A DNA stretch of 63,913 nucleotides, from positions 1-63,913 of the forward strand of contig CAIWAX010000251.1 in assembly GCA_903910795.1 (NCBI GenBank), in the 5' to 3' direction. The translations under genes were made by a program, and so were the position numbers. Numbering within the stretch: the stretch's first letter is position 1; each line of letters opens with the position of its first letter. This document shows positions 36,138 through 45,489 of the stretch, piece after piece. Source of the DNA: an uncultured Anaerolineae bacterium (lineage in GTDB: Bacteria > Chloroflexota > Anaerolineae > Anaerolineales > Villigracilaceae). The notes beneath the pieces are model-generated. The model was not told the origin of the DNA and ran no database searches. It saw only the letters and a program-made list of their open reading frames with translations.

Positions 36138-38003
36138 ATGAAAACAAGTCATAACAACCCACTTTCCCGTTTCCTGATGCTCACACTTGTTATCGCATTC
36201 ATGTTTGCGTTGACCGGCGCCAAACCTGCCCAGGCAATTGAAAACCAGGCATCTTATATTATTCAAGCTTCAAGCACCGATCTGGCTGCTTCACTGGTTA
36301 CGAAAGTCGGAGGCGAAATAACCTCCCAACTGGATATCATCCAGGGTGTGGCAGCAAATTTGACACCGAGTGAAGTTGCCAATCTGCGTTCCGAAAAAGA
36401 CATTGTTGCAATTACGCCCAATGGCCCGGTGAAATCCAGCGACAATTCCAAGGCCGGAACCCAATCTATCAATGACAGCCAGAACAATAATGTACCCACC
36501 ACAGATTATCCAGATGTGACAGGCGCAAATCTGGTATGGGAAAAGGGTGATATTGGCGATAACGTGACAGTTGCAATTCTGGATACCGGTATATCCAATA
36601 TGAGCCAATTCAAAGATGGTAGCAGTAACAACAGCCGAGTCATCGCTTGGAAGGATTATATTGATAGAAGTAGAAATCCTATTGACCCTAACGGCCACGG
36701 CACGCATGTTGCTGGTATCATCGCCAACGGCCAACAAGGCAGCGATGGCGAATATAATGGCATGGCGCCAAGTGCAAATATCGCCGCAGTACGTGTGTTG
36801 GACTCCACGGGCGCCGGAACGTACGAAACGGTGATCAACGGTCTGCAATGGGTCATTCAGAACAAAGCCGCCTATAACATCCGTGTCGTCAATCTGTCGC
36901 TGGTTTCACCTGCTGTGTCACCCTATTGGGCCGATCCCTTGGATCAGGCTGTCACCGCTGCCTGGGCAAACGGGCTGGTTGTGATCGTGGCAGCCGGTAA
37001 TGGCGGGCCAAACCCGATGAGCATCAGCGTGCCCGGCAATAATCCCTACGCCATCACCGTCGGAGCCTTCACAGATAATTACACTCCTGCCAACTGGGAT
37101 GATGACTATATTCCTGATTTTTCGGCGGCTGGCCCGACACTGGATGGTTTTGCAAAACCAGACCTGGTTGCCCCCGGAGGTCATATCGTTTCGCTGATAC
37201 CACAAAATTCATATCTGTCTAACCAGTATCCGGATAATTTAGTTGGCGCCAACTATTTCAAACTGGCTGGCACCTCCCAAGCCACCGCGATTGTCTCAGG
37301 TATCGCAGCTTTGGCGCTCTCGAAGAACCCCAGTCTATCAAATGATCAAGTGAAGTTGCGGCTCACAGCCACTGCCCTGCCCTGGGTGGACAACTCCAGC
37401 AATCCCAATGTCTCCAGTATTTGGCAACAGGGGGCAGGTCGGGCCAACGCTTATGATGCGGTTTTTGCAAAAACAAGCGAAATGGCAAACAAGGGTATGA
37501 ACTCACGAAATGACCTGAATGGGGGCCAACACTACGCAGGCTATTCTTATTACGATAAAAGCACAGCCAGCTTCCGCCTTTACGCTCCGTATGATAACTG
37601 GGATAATGGCTACAGTTCATGGTCAAGTGGACATGGTTCATGGTCAGGTGGACATGGTTCATGGTCAGGTGGACATGGTTCGTGGTCAGGCGGTCATGGT
37701 TCATGGTCGGGCGAATACGGTTCGTGGTCAGGTGGTCATGGTTCATGGTCTGGCGGTCAAGGTTCCTGGTCGGGTGGGCATGGCTCATGGTCTGGTGATT
37801 TTCAAACATGGTCGGGTGGACACGGCTCATGGTCCGGTGGTTATACCAGTTGGGCAGGTGGACACGGCTCGTGGTCAGGCACTGAACCCTGGACAGGTTC
37901 TCAGCTTGCGAACTCAGCTTTCATGAAGAACTTTGCCGATGGGGTAAGCCCAAGCATTTCCATCGCCACAGCAACTATTTCAATTTATCTGCTCGACCAG
38001 TAA
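36138..38003 (+). CDS. Secreted subtilisin-like (S8) serine peptidase with C-terminal GHGSWSG heptad-repeat region
   Basis: Signal peptide 'LMLTLVIAFMFALTGAKPAQA'. Catalytic motifs 'VAILDTGI' (Asp), 'GHGTHVAGI' (His) and 'GTSQATAIVSG' (Ser). ATG at 36138 chosen because it lies downstream of the terminator. Confidence 0.85.
   Translation: MKTSHNNPLSRFLMLTLVIAFMFALTGAKPAQAIENQASYIIQASSTDLAASLVTKVGGEITSQLDIIQGVAANLTPSEVANLRSEKDIVAITPNGPVKSSDNSKAGTQSINDSQNNNVPTTDYPDVTGANLVWEKGDIGDNVTVAILDTGISNMSQFKDGSSNNSRVIAWKDYIDRSRNPIDPNGHGTHVAGIIANGQQGSDGEYNGMAPSANIAAVRVLDSTGAGTYETVINGLQWVIQNKAAYNIRVVNLSLVSPAVSPYWADPLDQAVTAAWANGLVVIVAAGNGGPNPMSISVPGNNPYAITVGAFTDNYTPANWDDDYIPDFSAAGPTLDGFAKPDLVAPGGHIVSLIPQNSYLSNQYPDNLVGANYFKLAGTSQATAIVSGIAALALSKNPSLSNDQVKLRLTATALPWVDNSSNPNVSSIWQQGAGRANAYDAVFAKTSEMANKGMNSRNDLNGGQHYAGYSYYDKSTASFRLYAPYDNWDNGYSSWSSGHGSWSGGHGSWSGGHGSWSGGHGSWSGEYGSWSGGHGSWSGGQGSWSGGHGSWSGDFQTWSGGHGSWSGGYTSWAGGHGSWSGTEPWTGSQLANSAFMKNFADGVSPSISIATATISIYLLDQ
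37615..37880 (+). repeat. 21-bp in-frame tandem repeat array (about 13 units) encoding (G-H-G-S-W-S-G)n
   Basis: Read directly: ggacatggttcatggtcaggt and variants. Protein reads 'SWSSGHGSWSGGHGSWSGGHGSWSGGHGSWSGEYGSWSGGHGSWSGGQGSWSGGHGSWSGDFQTWSGGHGSWSGGYTSWAGGHGSWSG'. Confidence 0.9.
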
Positions 38004-38030
38004 AAGTAATCGAAAGCTAGAGAATTTGAT

Positions 38031-38066
38031 AGACCTCCGGGTAAATTTACCGGAGGTCTTCTTTTA
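38031..38066. terminator. Terminator hairpin between convergent genes
   Basis: AGACCTCCGG-gtaaattta-CCGGAGGTCT is a 10-bp stem followed by TCTTTTATT. Confidence 0.6.
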
Positions 38067-38142
38067 TTCCAACGAGAAATAAATATGTCAAATTTGACCT
38101 AACACAACTCAGCTTACAGGCGTCTAATCCCTTTTTTAATGC

Positions 38143-41100
38143 TTAAAGCTTCATTGTTTCTAATTTCTGCAGGTCAAGGCTGGCGCCAAGCTGCTCAAAC
38201 AACACTTGAGCTTCGGCAATGCACTCTTTCGCCAGGATAGGTTTGGATTCGGCAACCGCCAGACGAGCCATGGCTGCCAGTAGGCGACCGCTTTCGAGAT
38301 GATTTCCAACTACCTTAAATGTTTTATCAGCCTGAAGATAGTATGACTTGGCATTCTGGTAATTACCCATCTTTTGAGAAATATCACCTAACACAACTAA
38401 CGCACGCCCTTTATCTTCAGTTTGCTCGTCACCAGTCAGACGCTGCCGCAAACTTAGAGCCTGTTCAGCATATTCAGAGGATTTCTTAAATTCCTGCGTG
38501 CCCAAATAAATGGCGCTGAGATTTACAGAAACATCCACCACGAAATCTTCATCACCCAGGCTTCTTAAAAGCCTTTCGCTATTCAAGCTGTATTCCAGGG
38601 CTTTCGGCCAGTTTTCCTGGACCATATACAATTTGCCAAGGTAATTGGAAACCAGGGCAATATGATGACCGTGTCCAATTTCCTGGGCGCGGTGCCAGGC
38701 TTCTTCCAGGTATTTAGAAGCTTCATCCAAATAGCCGCGGTCAATTTCCAGCAAGCCCATGTTGCTGTTCAATTCTATGATGCCTTCCGCATCCCCCAGG
38801 TTTACCTGGTATTCAGCGCTTCTTTTGAAATTAAGCAAGGCATTATCCCAAAAGCCGCGTTTCCAACTGAGCAACCCGAGGTTGTTATAAGAACGTGCAA
38901 CGCCAGGGATATCACCAATTTCCTTGCGCAGAGACAGGCTTTTTGCAGCAAAATCGCTGGCTTCCTTGAGCCGGTCTTTCTGAAAATAGACACCACCCAG
39001 ACGATTATAGATAGATGACACAACCTCAAGGCGGGTGGTTTCTTCTGCCAGAGTTTGCGCCTGTACCAGAAAATTTTCAGCCTCATCCAAACGACCACGG
39101 CGGAAAAATATCCAACCAGTGTCATTCAAAATTTGAGAAAGCTCAGCCGGGGAATTCACTCCCGCCCTTTGAAGTACTTGTTTGGCATCCTCCAGGCATT
39201 TCAAAGCTTGATCGTAATCACCCTGGCGTTCAAAAGTCATCCCAATTTTGCGCTGCAGCTCACAGGCAGTTTCGGGGTTTGAATCCTGTGCAGATTGAAT
39301 AGCTTTCGCCGCCTGCTGATAAGCGGCGCGAGCAGCAGGATAGTCACCTGCCAACGCCCTGGCATCGCCCAAACCGCTATAAACCTGAACAATTTGCTGT
39401 GGGGTGGGGTGCGCCTCAACAAGCACAAGCAGGGCATCTTCAAAATATTTCTGAGATTGGCTGGTATTGAAGTTTCGGCCAGCTTTTTGTCCGGCCAGAA
39501 TAAGATAATGTAAAGCCCGATCTTTATAATCGCTCCAGAAATAATGGCGCGCCAGAATATCAATCTGGTTTTCCAGATTATCAAAGGAAGCGCTTTCAAT
39601 GGTGTTTGCTACCAGTCCATGCAGTTCCTTACGCTCGCGCTTAAGCAGAGTACTGTAAATCGTTTCTGAAACAAGCACATGTTTATACATGTATTCACCG
39701 CCCGGGGACGGATCCGGTAGGATGAATTCACGTTCAAGCAGAACACTAAGCGCCATTTTCGATTCGTCTTCTTCGAGGTTGGGCAGGCAACCCACCAGCA
39801 GTTGACGGGTAAAAGTGCGGCCAATCACGCTGGCAACTTTGAGAATATGGCGCTGCACCGGCTCCAGGGTATCAAAACGGGTCAGCACCAGACCTTCGAG
39901 AGTATCGGGCACACCCAGGTTTTTCAGATCGATGGCTTTTTTAAGCTGCCAGTGCCCCTCTTCACGCACCAATAAATTTCGATCCATCAACATGCGTAAA
40001 ATTTCTTCCAGGTAGAATGGAATACCAGATGCCCTGTGAACAATATCATTTCGCAAACTTTCGGGCATGTCGTGAATGGATGTCAACTGTGAGAGCAACC
40101 GGTCTGCCTGATCCGGTGAAAGACTTTTTAACGGGAGATCCGTAAAGCGCAGTCGTAATAGATCAGAAGCGCGTTGCGTGATATCAACAAGTTTTCCTTC
40201 TGAAAACGAGCGTGAGACAGCCACAATCGCGATCGGGTTTTTAACCAGGGAATCGAGCAAGTAATCAATCAACTGAAGCGAGCCTTCATCCGCCCAATGT
40301 AAGTCTTCAAGGATCAAAACAATGGGCCGAAGGTTGGAATCCGCAATCAATATATCACGCACTGAAAGGAAAATTTGCTGCTGCAGTTGGTCTGCCGCCA
40401 GGAATTCGATGCGCCGGGATGCATTTGGATCAGAAAGCGGCAAAGAGAGAAAATGTTCCAGGTATGGCAGAATATCATCAACCCGTTCGGGCAAAACATG
40501 TTCGATATGTTCGCGTAAGCGGATCTGACATTCTGACTTTGAGGTTTCCACATCCAGTTCAAGCATGTGGAAAAAAGCATCTTGAAAAAGCCAATAGGCT
40601 ACGCCTTTGCGAAAAACCAGGCTGGCGCCCTCTAGCAACTGGATAGGTAATTGAGATACGGCTGATTTGAATTCAGAGATGAGGCGGCTTTTACCAATAC
40701 CGGCTTCACCGTGCACAATTACAAAACGGCCGGTTTCTGAATTTAGCATGGCAGTCACGGTCTGGCGAAGACGTTCAAGTTCGCCATCCCGGCCAATCAT
40801 AGGAGCGTAAAGGCCCTCTATTCCGCGCACAGAGCCCGGCTTTGTCAGGGCACCCAAAACTCGATAAGTCTGAACAGGTTGAGCAATGCCTTTCAACGCG
40901 ATCCGTGGCAACGTTTCGAAGCTGAAAAGAGCTCGAACCTGGCGATATACAACATCGCTTACCAGGGTTTCTCCGGCTGCGGCGGCTGTTTCAATACGGC
41001 TGGATAGATTGACCACATCGCCAATTGCCGTATAGTTCATCATCATATTGGAGCCAATGCCACCCACGATGACGCTGCCAGAGTTCATCCCGATATGCGC

Positions 41101-41610
41101 TTTTATTTTGGTACCGAGTTTGCCTTCCAGTGAATCGCTTAGTTTCGCAAGCTCAGCCTGCATATCCAGCGCGGCTCTAATGGCAAGTTCGGCGTTGTTC
41201 TCATGAGCGATGGGCGCGCCAAATAACGCCATCAAACCATCACCGGTAAATTTATCTACGATTCCATCATATTTGTAAACGTTGTTTGCAAACATTTTAG
41301 AACACTGTTGAACCAGGTCATACAGCTCTTCACTATCGATTTGTTCGGAGATATGGGTAAATTCAGAAAGATCAACAAAAAGAACGGTCACCTGGCGCCG
41401 TTGACCAGCCGCCTCCAGCCCCGCCTGGCGGAAACGATCGAGCAGATCGGCCCCGATCATGACCCCCAGCTTGTTTGTCGATTCAGTATCTGCCAGATGT
41501 TCACTGGAAGCCATCATGCCAGTTGTAAGCAGGCGCAGTCCGCAGTTACCGCAAAAGCGCATGTTATCTGGATTTACAAAACCGCAGTTTCTACATTGAT
41601 TTGGCATCAC
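38143..41610 (-). CDS. Zinc-ribbon + class III adenylate/guanylate cyclase + AAA(STAND-like) ATPase + TPR-repeat signalling protein
   Basis: 'CRNCGFVNPDNMRFCGNCG'. Cyclase core 'VTVLFVDLSEFT...KFTGDGLMALFGAP...GMNSGSVIVGGIG'. P-loop 'HGEAGIGKS'. Long C-terminal TPR array. Confidence 0.85.
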   Translation of the reverse strand: MMPNQCRNCGFVNPDNMRFCGNCGLRLLTTGMMASSEHLADTESTNKLGVMIGADLLDRFRQAGLEAAGQRRQVTVLFVDLSEFTHISEQIDSEELYDLVQQCSKMFANNVYKYDGIVDKFTGDGLMALFGAPIAHENNAELAIRAALDMQAELAKLSDSLEGKLGTKIKAHIGMNSGSVIVGGIGSNMMMNYTAIGDVVNLSSRIETAAAAGETLVSDVVYRQVRALFSFETLPRIALKGIAQPVQTYRVLGALTKPGSVRGIEGLYAPMIGRDGELERLRQTVTAMLNSETGRFVIVHGEAGIGKSRLISEFKSAVSQLPIQLLEGASLVFRKGVAYWLFQDAFFHMLELDVETSKSECQIRLREHIEHVLPERVDDILPYLEHFLSLPLSDPNASRRIEFLAADQLQQQIFLSVRDILIADSNLRPIVLILEDLHWADEGSLQLIDYLLDSLVKNPIAIVAVSRSFSEGKLVDITQRASDLLRLRFTDLPLKSLSPDQADRLLSQLTSIHDMPESLRNDIVHRASGIPFYLEEILRMLMDRNLLVREEGHWQLKKAIDLKNLGVPDTLEGLVLTRFDTLEPVQRHILKVASVIGRTFTRQLLVGCLPNLEEDESKMALSVLLEREFILPDPSPGGEYMYKHVLVSETIYSTLLKRERKELHGLVANTIESASFDNLENQIDILARHYFWSDYKDRALHYLILAGQKAGRNFNTSQSQKYFEDALLVLVEAHPTPQQIVQVYSGLGDARALAGDYPAARAAYQQAAKAIQSAQDSNPETACELQRKIGMTFERQGDYDQALKCLEDAKQVLQRAGVNSPAELSQILNDTGWIFFRRGRLDEAENFLVQAQTLAEETTRLEVVSSIYNRLGGVYFQKDRLKEASDFAAKSLSLRKEIGDIPGVARSYNNLGLLSWKRGFWDNALLNFKRSAEYQVNLGDAEGIIELNSNMGLLEIDRGYLDEASKYLEEAWHRAQEIGHGHHIALVSNYLGKLYMVQENWPKALEYSLNSERLLRSLGDEDFVVDVSVNLSAIYLGTQEFKKSSEYAEQALSLRQRLTGDEQTEDKGRALVVLGDISQKMGNYQNAKSYYLQADKTFKVVGNHLESGRLLAAMARLAVAESKPILAKECIAEAQVLFEQLGASLDLQKLETMKL

Positions 41611-41869
41611 AAAACATTATACAGGATAACAATAAATAGTAACTTAAGAAAAGTGAAAGGTCTGAAAACCTGAAATATCACTGCTAAACACTTGACATAC
41701 TATATCAAGTTTATACTTTTATGGAACTACCTATTTTCCGCTATCCCTATTTTGGGGTTTAAACGGATGATTCTTGAGCCATTTTTCTGTTTGTTGTTTT
41801 CATCAGCGAAAACTCAAACCCATGATTAATTACCGATTTTCGCTCATTGCCAGTAATCTCAACCCCATC

Positions 41870-43447
41870 CTATTGAAAGGTACCCAGCACCCTGTCAACA
41901 TAATCGGACGCATTTTTACAGTTTCCCAACATCTGGGCAACAACTTGCTGCCAGGTGAGTTCAAGACCGTTTCCAGTGATGCTTTGAAGCGCGTTCCCGA
42001 TGCAGCCCGAACCCGCGTTGTAATTTCCGATCGTGATTTTCCACATTTCTTCGTACGTGGACTGCGCAGCCGGTTCCCGTCCTCCCGTGTTGACCACAAG
42101 TTGACCAACCTGCTTGGAACTGGCCAGAAGAGAGGCTGCCAGCATATCGATCTCATGCGGGGTGCCGACCTTGCTCAGCACTGCGTTGCGCAACATCAAG
42201 CGGGCGATCGGACTCAGGAGGGAATAGCCTGAAGAACAAGTGATGCGATCATAGGCCGGGATGCACAGGTCAAGGTAATAACTTGTATTCCACTTCAAAA
42301 GCATATCGGCGCCATTTTCGGTCATCCTGCCCAGGCCGAGTTCGTAAGGGTTGGTTTTAAGCGGCCAGAATTGTGATTCCTGTGAAAGGATGCCTTTTAA
42401 GATCATGGCCGGCACATTATATTTCAACGCCGCGGCAAAGATCTGATCGTTATATTTATTTTGCCAATCTAAAACCACTTTAGCGGTGGCTTCCTGCCCG
42501 CATTGCGAGGCTGTGCCATCCGGCATCAAACCATTGCCGGGACAGTTGGGGGCTTTTACCAACCCCATACTGATCAAATGACCACTCAGGAAAAGATAAT
42601 GGTTATTGGTGTACAGAGCATCCGAAGATGCCGGTTGGTTCAGTTGTTTCAAACCGGGTACTTCTGTGGGTAAGAACAGATTCCAATCCAGGGAGCCGGG
42701 CGGAATGGAAACAGCCCATTGTTTGTCAAGCATATCAAATCGGTAAATTTTTGAGCCCGGACTGATTGGCAGATAACGATATTTGATTTGAAAAAAGCGG
42801 CTGGCATCGTTATCATGGTTCGAAATTGCCCTGTAACCCAGCCAGGCTCCCTGGGCAGATGTGACAGGCAGTGAAATGAGCACATCCGAACCACTATGGA
42901 TACTGACCTGATCGTTAAACGAAATATAGATTTGTTCAATTTCAAAACCTTTGATGGGTTCGGTTGCCACAAAGTGCATTTGCGGGATCAGTTTACAGGG
43001 CTGCCAGGGGGTGCAGTTATTGATTTCAACCACAAAGCTTATTTCACTTTTGGTGTTGCCGTTGTGAATGAGCAGAGGTGTGGTGTTTTGCGGGGCAGGG
43101 GAAGTCTTTGTGGCGGCTGGCTGCATGTTTGCCAGGGCGCGCTTGACATAACTTTTTGACAACTCCTGGATTTCAATCATGGCTACCTGGTTGGGATTAA
43201 CATTCACCTGCGAAGGAGGCAGGCTGGTAGCGTAAGTGTTTGTCAGTACCCCCAGGGAAAGCAAGCAGGTAAATAGAACCGCCCAGAACAGACGCAACGA
43301 AATAACAACCCTGGATGCGAGCCTTCCACGGTTTGTCAATTGTCTAAGAAGGTTACGTCCGGATCGCCAATCCATTGATTGAGAGATATTTTCCCTGGTT
43401 AGCCCAGCGGTCGTTGAATGGCAAATTGGATCAAATTCATCCCCCAT
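41870..43447 (-). CDS. Membrane-anchored protein with C-terminal lytic-transglycosylase (SLT/GH23-like) domain
   Basis: TM anchor 'VVISLRLFWAVLFTCLLSLGVL'. 'ILKGILSQESQFWPLK...LGLGRMTENGA' resembles the SLT catalytic-Glu context. An alternative ATG at 43375 would remove the 49-nt overlap with the upstream gene. Confidence 0.55.
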   Translation of the reverse strand: MGDEFDPICHSTTAGLTRENISQSMDWRSGRNLLRQLTNRGRLASRVVISLRLFWAVLFTCLLSLGVLTNTYATSLPPSQVNVNPNQVAMIEIQELSKSYVKRALANMQPAATKTSPAPQNTTPLLIHNGNTKSEISFVVEINNCTPWQPCKLIPQMHFVATEPIKGFEIEQIYISFNDQVSIHSGSDVLISLPVTSAQGAWLGYRAISNHDNDASRFFQIKYRYLPISPGSKIYRFDMLDKQWAVSIPPGSLDWNLFLPTEVPGLKQLNQPASSDALYTNNHYLFLSGHLISMGLVKAPNCPGNGLMPDGTASQCGQEATAKVVLDWQNKYNDQIFAAALKYNVPAMILKGILSQESQFWPLKTNPYELGLGRMTENGADMLLKWNTSYYLDLCIPAYDRITCSSGYSLLSPIARLMLRNAVLSKVGTPHEIDMLAASLLASSKQVGQLVVNTGGREPAAQSTYEEMWKITIGNYNAGSGCIGNALQSITGNGLELTWQQVVAQMLGNCKNASDYVDRVLGTFQ

Positions 43448-44496
43448 TCGTGGGCGCTGCGAATATCTGAGCGCGAGGCATGTTCCGGGGGCAAGTCACC
43501 GTTCCAGGCCAGGCAGTAACCCGCCGTAGAATAGATCACCTGGCGGCTGACCATTACTTGATCTCCGAGCGCACCTTGAGGGGGTTTCATGAACAGGTAA
43601 GGTTCTTTCAAAATGGCCGAATCAGAAGACAGCGGGGCAAGCTTCACGTCCAATTTTTCAAAGAGGTTCGCGCAAGACTTACTGGCAGGGTCATCCAACG
43701 CCTCCACCAGCAGCTTTTTCCCACCGTCAAGCACGGCACGAAGTGCTTTTATTTCCGCGGTTCCCGCTTCAAATTCACCTTTGGCGCTGATAAACACAGC
43801 ATCAAAGGCAGCCAGGCTGCTTGTGAAGGTTGTGAATGTATCAACCACAGGATAAATTTTTAAAGAGCGTTCACATTCCCGGGCGAGATAATCCCATCCG
43901 GCAACAACTTCAGGAACCCTGGCACCCAGGCTGCAAAGTGCGACGCTTGTCCGCAATTTTGTTTGGGTAGCGATCATTTCTCTGTAACGCAAATCCAGTT
44001 CTTCGCTGCGCGGGTGCCCAGGATCGGCAGCATTTTTAATGGTTTTTCCTGATGCAGAGAGGGTTATTCTGGCAAGTTCAACTACCGGGCGCTTGGGCAG
44101 GCTGGAACGGGCCGCAATCACAAACTCGTTTTGAATGTACTTGATCTCCTGATCCACCCCTCCGATTTCGCGTTCGCCATGTACCAGCAGCAGGTACAGT
44201 GTTCCATCCGCGCTATTGCCAAAATCATAGGCGACTGGTTCAGGCAAAACGATCACATTCCCCACCGGATCAACCGCCGCGCCGGGTGAGATAAAAACCA
44301 TCTGGTTTGGCGGATCATTGGCCAGCACTTCGAGCCCCGCGATGATCCCACTGCCATGAAAGAGCAGATCATGTGCGCGTCTTGACTGGCGGTGTTCGTC
44401 ATGGGCTTCAGCCCATACGGCTGCCGAAACGGACATCCCATCGTAAGGTTTTACACGCATCTTTGGATAGATGGTTAATACGCTGTTGTCTTTCAT
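43399..44496 (-). CDS. Hypothetical CIS-associated protein (occupies the slot where a fibre or anchor gene is expected)
   Basis: 365-aa ORF tightly packed after the gpI-like baseplate gene. I recognised no fibre-like repeats or collagen/beta-helix motifs. Confidence 0.45.
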   Translation of the reverse strand: MKDNSVLTIYPKMRVKPYDGMSVSAAVWAEAHDEHRQSRRAHDLLFHGSGIIAGLEVLANDPPNQMVFISPGAAVDPVGNVIVLPEPVAYDFGNSADGTLYLLLVHGEREIGGVDQEIKYIQNEFVIAARSSLPKRPVVELARITLSASGKTIKNAADPGHPRSEELDLRYREMIATQTKLRTSVALCSLGARVPEVVAGWDYLARECERSLKIYPVVDTFTTFTSSLAAFDAVFISAKGEFEAGTAEIKALRAVLDGGKKLLVEALDDPASKSCANLFEKLDVKLAPLSSDSAILKEPYLFMKPPQGALGDQVMVSRQVIYSTAGYCLAWNGDLPPEHASRSDIRSAHEWGMNLIQFAIQRPLG

Positions 44497-44512
44497 GAAC
44501 GGCTCCTATTTT

Positions 44513-45484
44513 TCAGGCTTTCGGGATGAATTCACAATTCAATTCAAAAGTGACGTGGGCAGGGATCTGGGTGCGCACAATCTCATTTATTTTACGCTGG
44601 TACATTTCCGGCGAGTATTTGGTGCGCTCCAGTTCTTCGTTGGGGATGCTCAGTTTGATGGACACAGAATTGGGAGAATTCTTTTTTCCCAGAGCCACTA
44701 CCACTCCCAGACTGGCATCTCCCAGTACAAAATTTTTGGCACGCCGTTCAGCGATTTCAACCTGCCCGGCTGTATAAATTTCAAGGTATTTTTTCAGGGC
44801 CGCAACTGTCCCGCGGCATTGTGAAATCTGCATGGCATTCTGGATCAACAACCGGTTTCGCTCTATGGGCAGGTGATTATCGATTGGCAGCCCCAGCCAG
44901 GATGCCAGCCAGGGCAAAAATTCACTGGGCGTCAACAAGGGATCGAAATACATTTCCACCTGGTCGACCTGCCGTGTGATAGGTTTCCAGAAACTCTCAA
45001 AAAGCATCAGAAAACGTGAGGTAAAGTCATCACTTTCGTAAATTTCGGGCAGATAATGTAGATAGGCTCCCTTGCCGATCACCGCCACGTTCAATTCTTC
45101 GGTATGAACGGGCTCAGTATCCTTGTTCAACAGGGTAGCCTGGATGATCAAATACTGGTCAATATAAAAGGTGTTGATACGCGAATGTACCGTCACAATG
45201 TATTCCTGCCCAACGACAAATTCCTCGTTGAGGGGAATGTATACGATCAATTCCTGTTCAGCTTCTATGACGGCAGGTTGAAGCACTGAACTGGAAGGGG
45301 AGACCTCGTAAGATTCAACCACCATCACCTTGGGCAAGGATAATTGCACCTTGGCATTGGGCAGGTCTGGAGCGGTGAAGCGTAGGAAAATCGTCAGCGC
45401 CTCGCCCGGGTAACGGTTGTAGAAATCCACTGCCAGGTCAAAATGGGTATCATTGATTGTTATCGCCGGCGCAGTCTTAGGCAT
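44513..45484 (-). CDS. Baseplate wedge protein, phage P2 gpI-like / Afp12-like
   Basis: 'YLHYLPEIYESDDFTSRFLMLFESFWKP...FDPLLTPSEFLPWLASWLGLP...QISQCRGTVAALKKYLEIY' matches the conserved phage-tail-protein domain found next to Baseplate_J genes. Confidence 0.7.
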   Translation of the reverse strand: MPKTAPAITINDTHFDLAVDFYNRYPGEALTIFLRFTAPDLPNAKVQLSLPKVMVVESYEVSPSSSVLQPAVIEAEQELIVYIPLNEEFVVGQEYIVTVHSRINTFYIDQYLIIQATLLNKDTEPVHTEELNVAVIGKGAYLHYLPEIYESDDFTSRFLMLFESFWKPITRQVDQVEMYFDPLLTPSEFLPWLASWLGLPIDNHLPIERNRLLIQNAMQISQCRGTVAALKKYLEIYTAGQVEIAERRAKNFVLGDASLGVVVALGKKNSPNSVSIKLSIPNEELERTKYSPEMYQRKINEIVRTQIPAHVTFELNCEFIPKA

Positions 45485-45489
45485 GCTGG

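Noticed and set aside
37615-37880. Checked the 21-bp tandem array, and the 25-nt tandem units at 56111-56160 and 63769-63830, as possible CRISPR arrays.
   Set aside because: The repeats are directly adjacent with no spacers. The first array is in-frame coding sequence of the S8 peptidase. No cas genes are present in the window.
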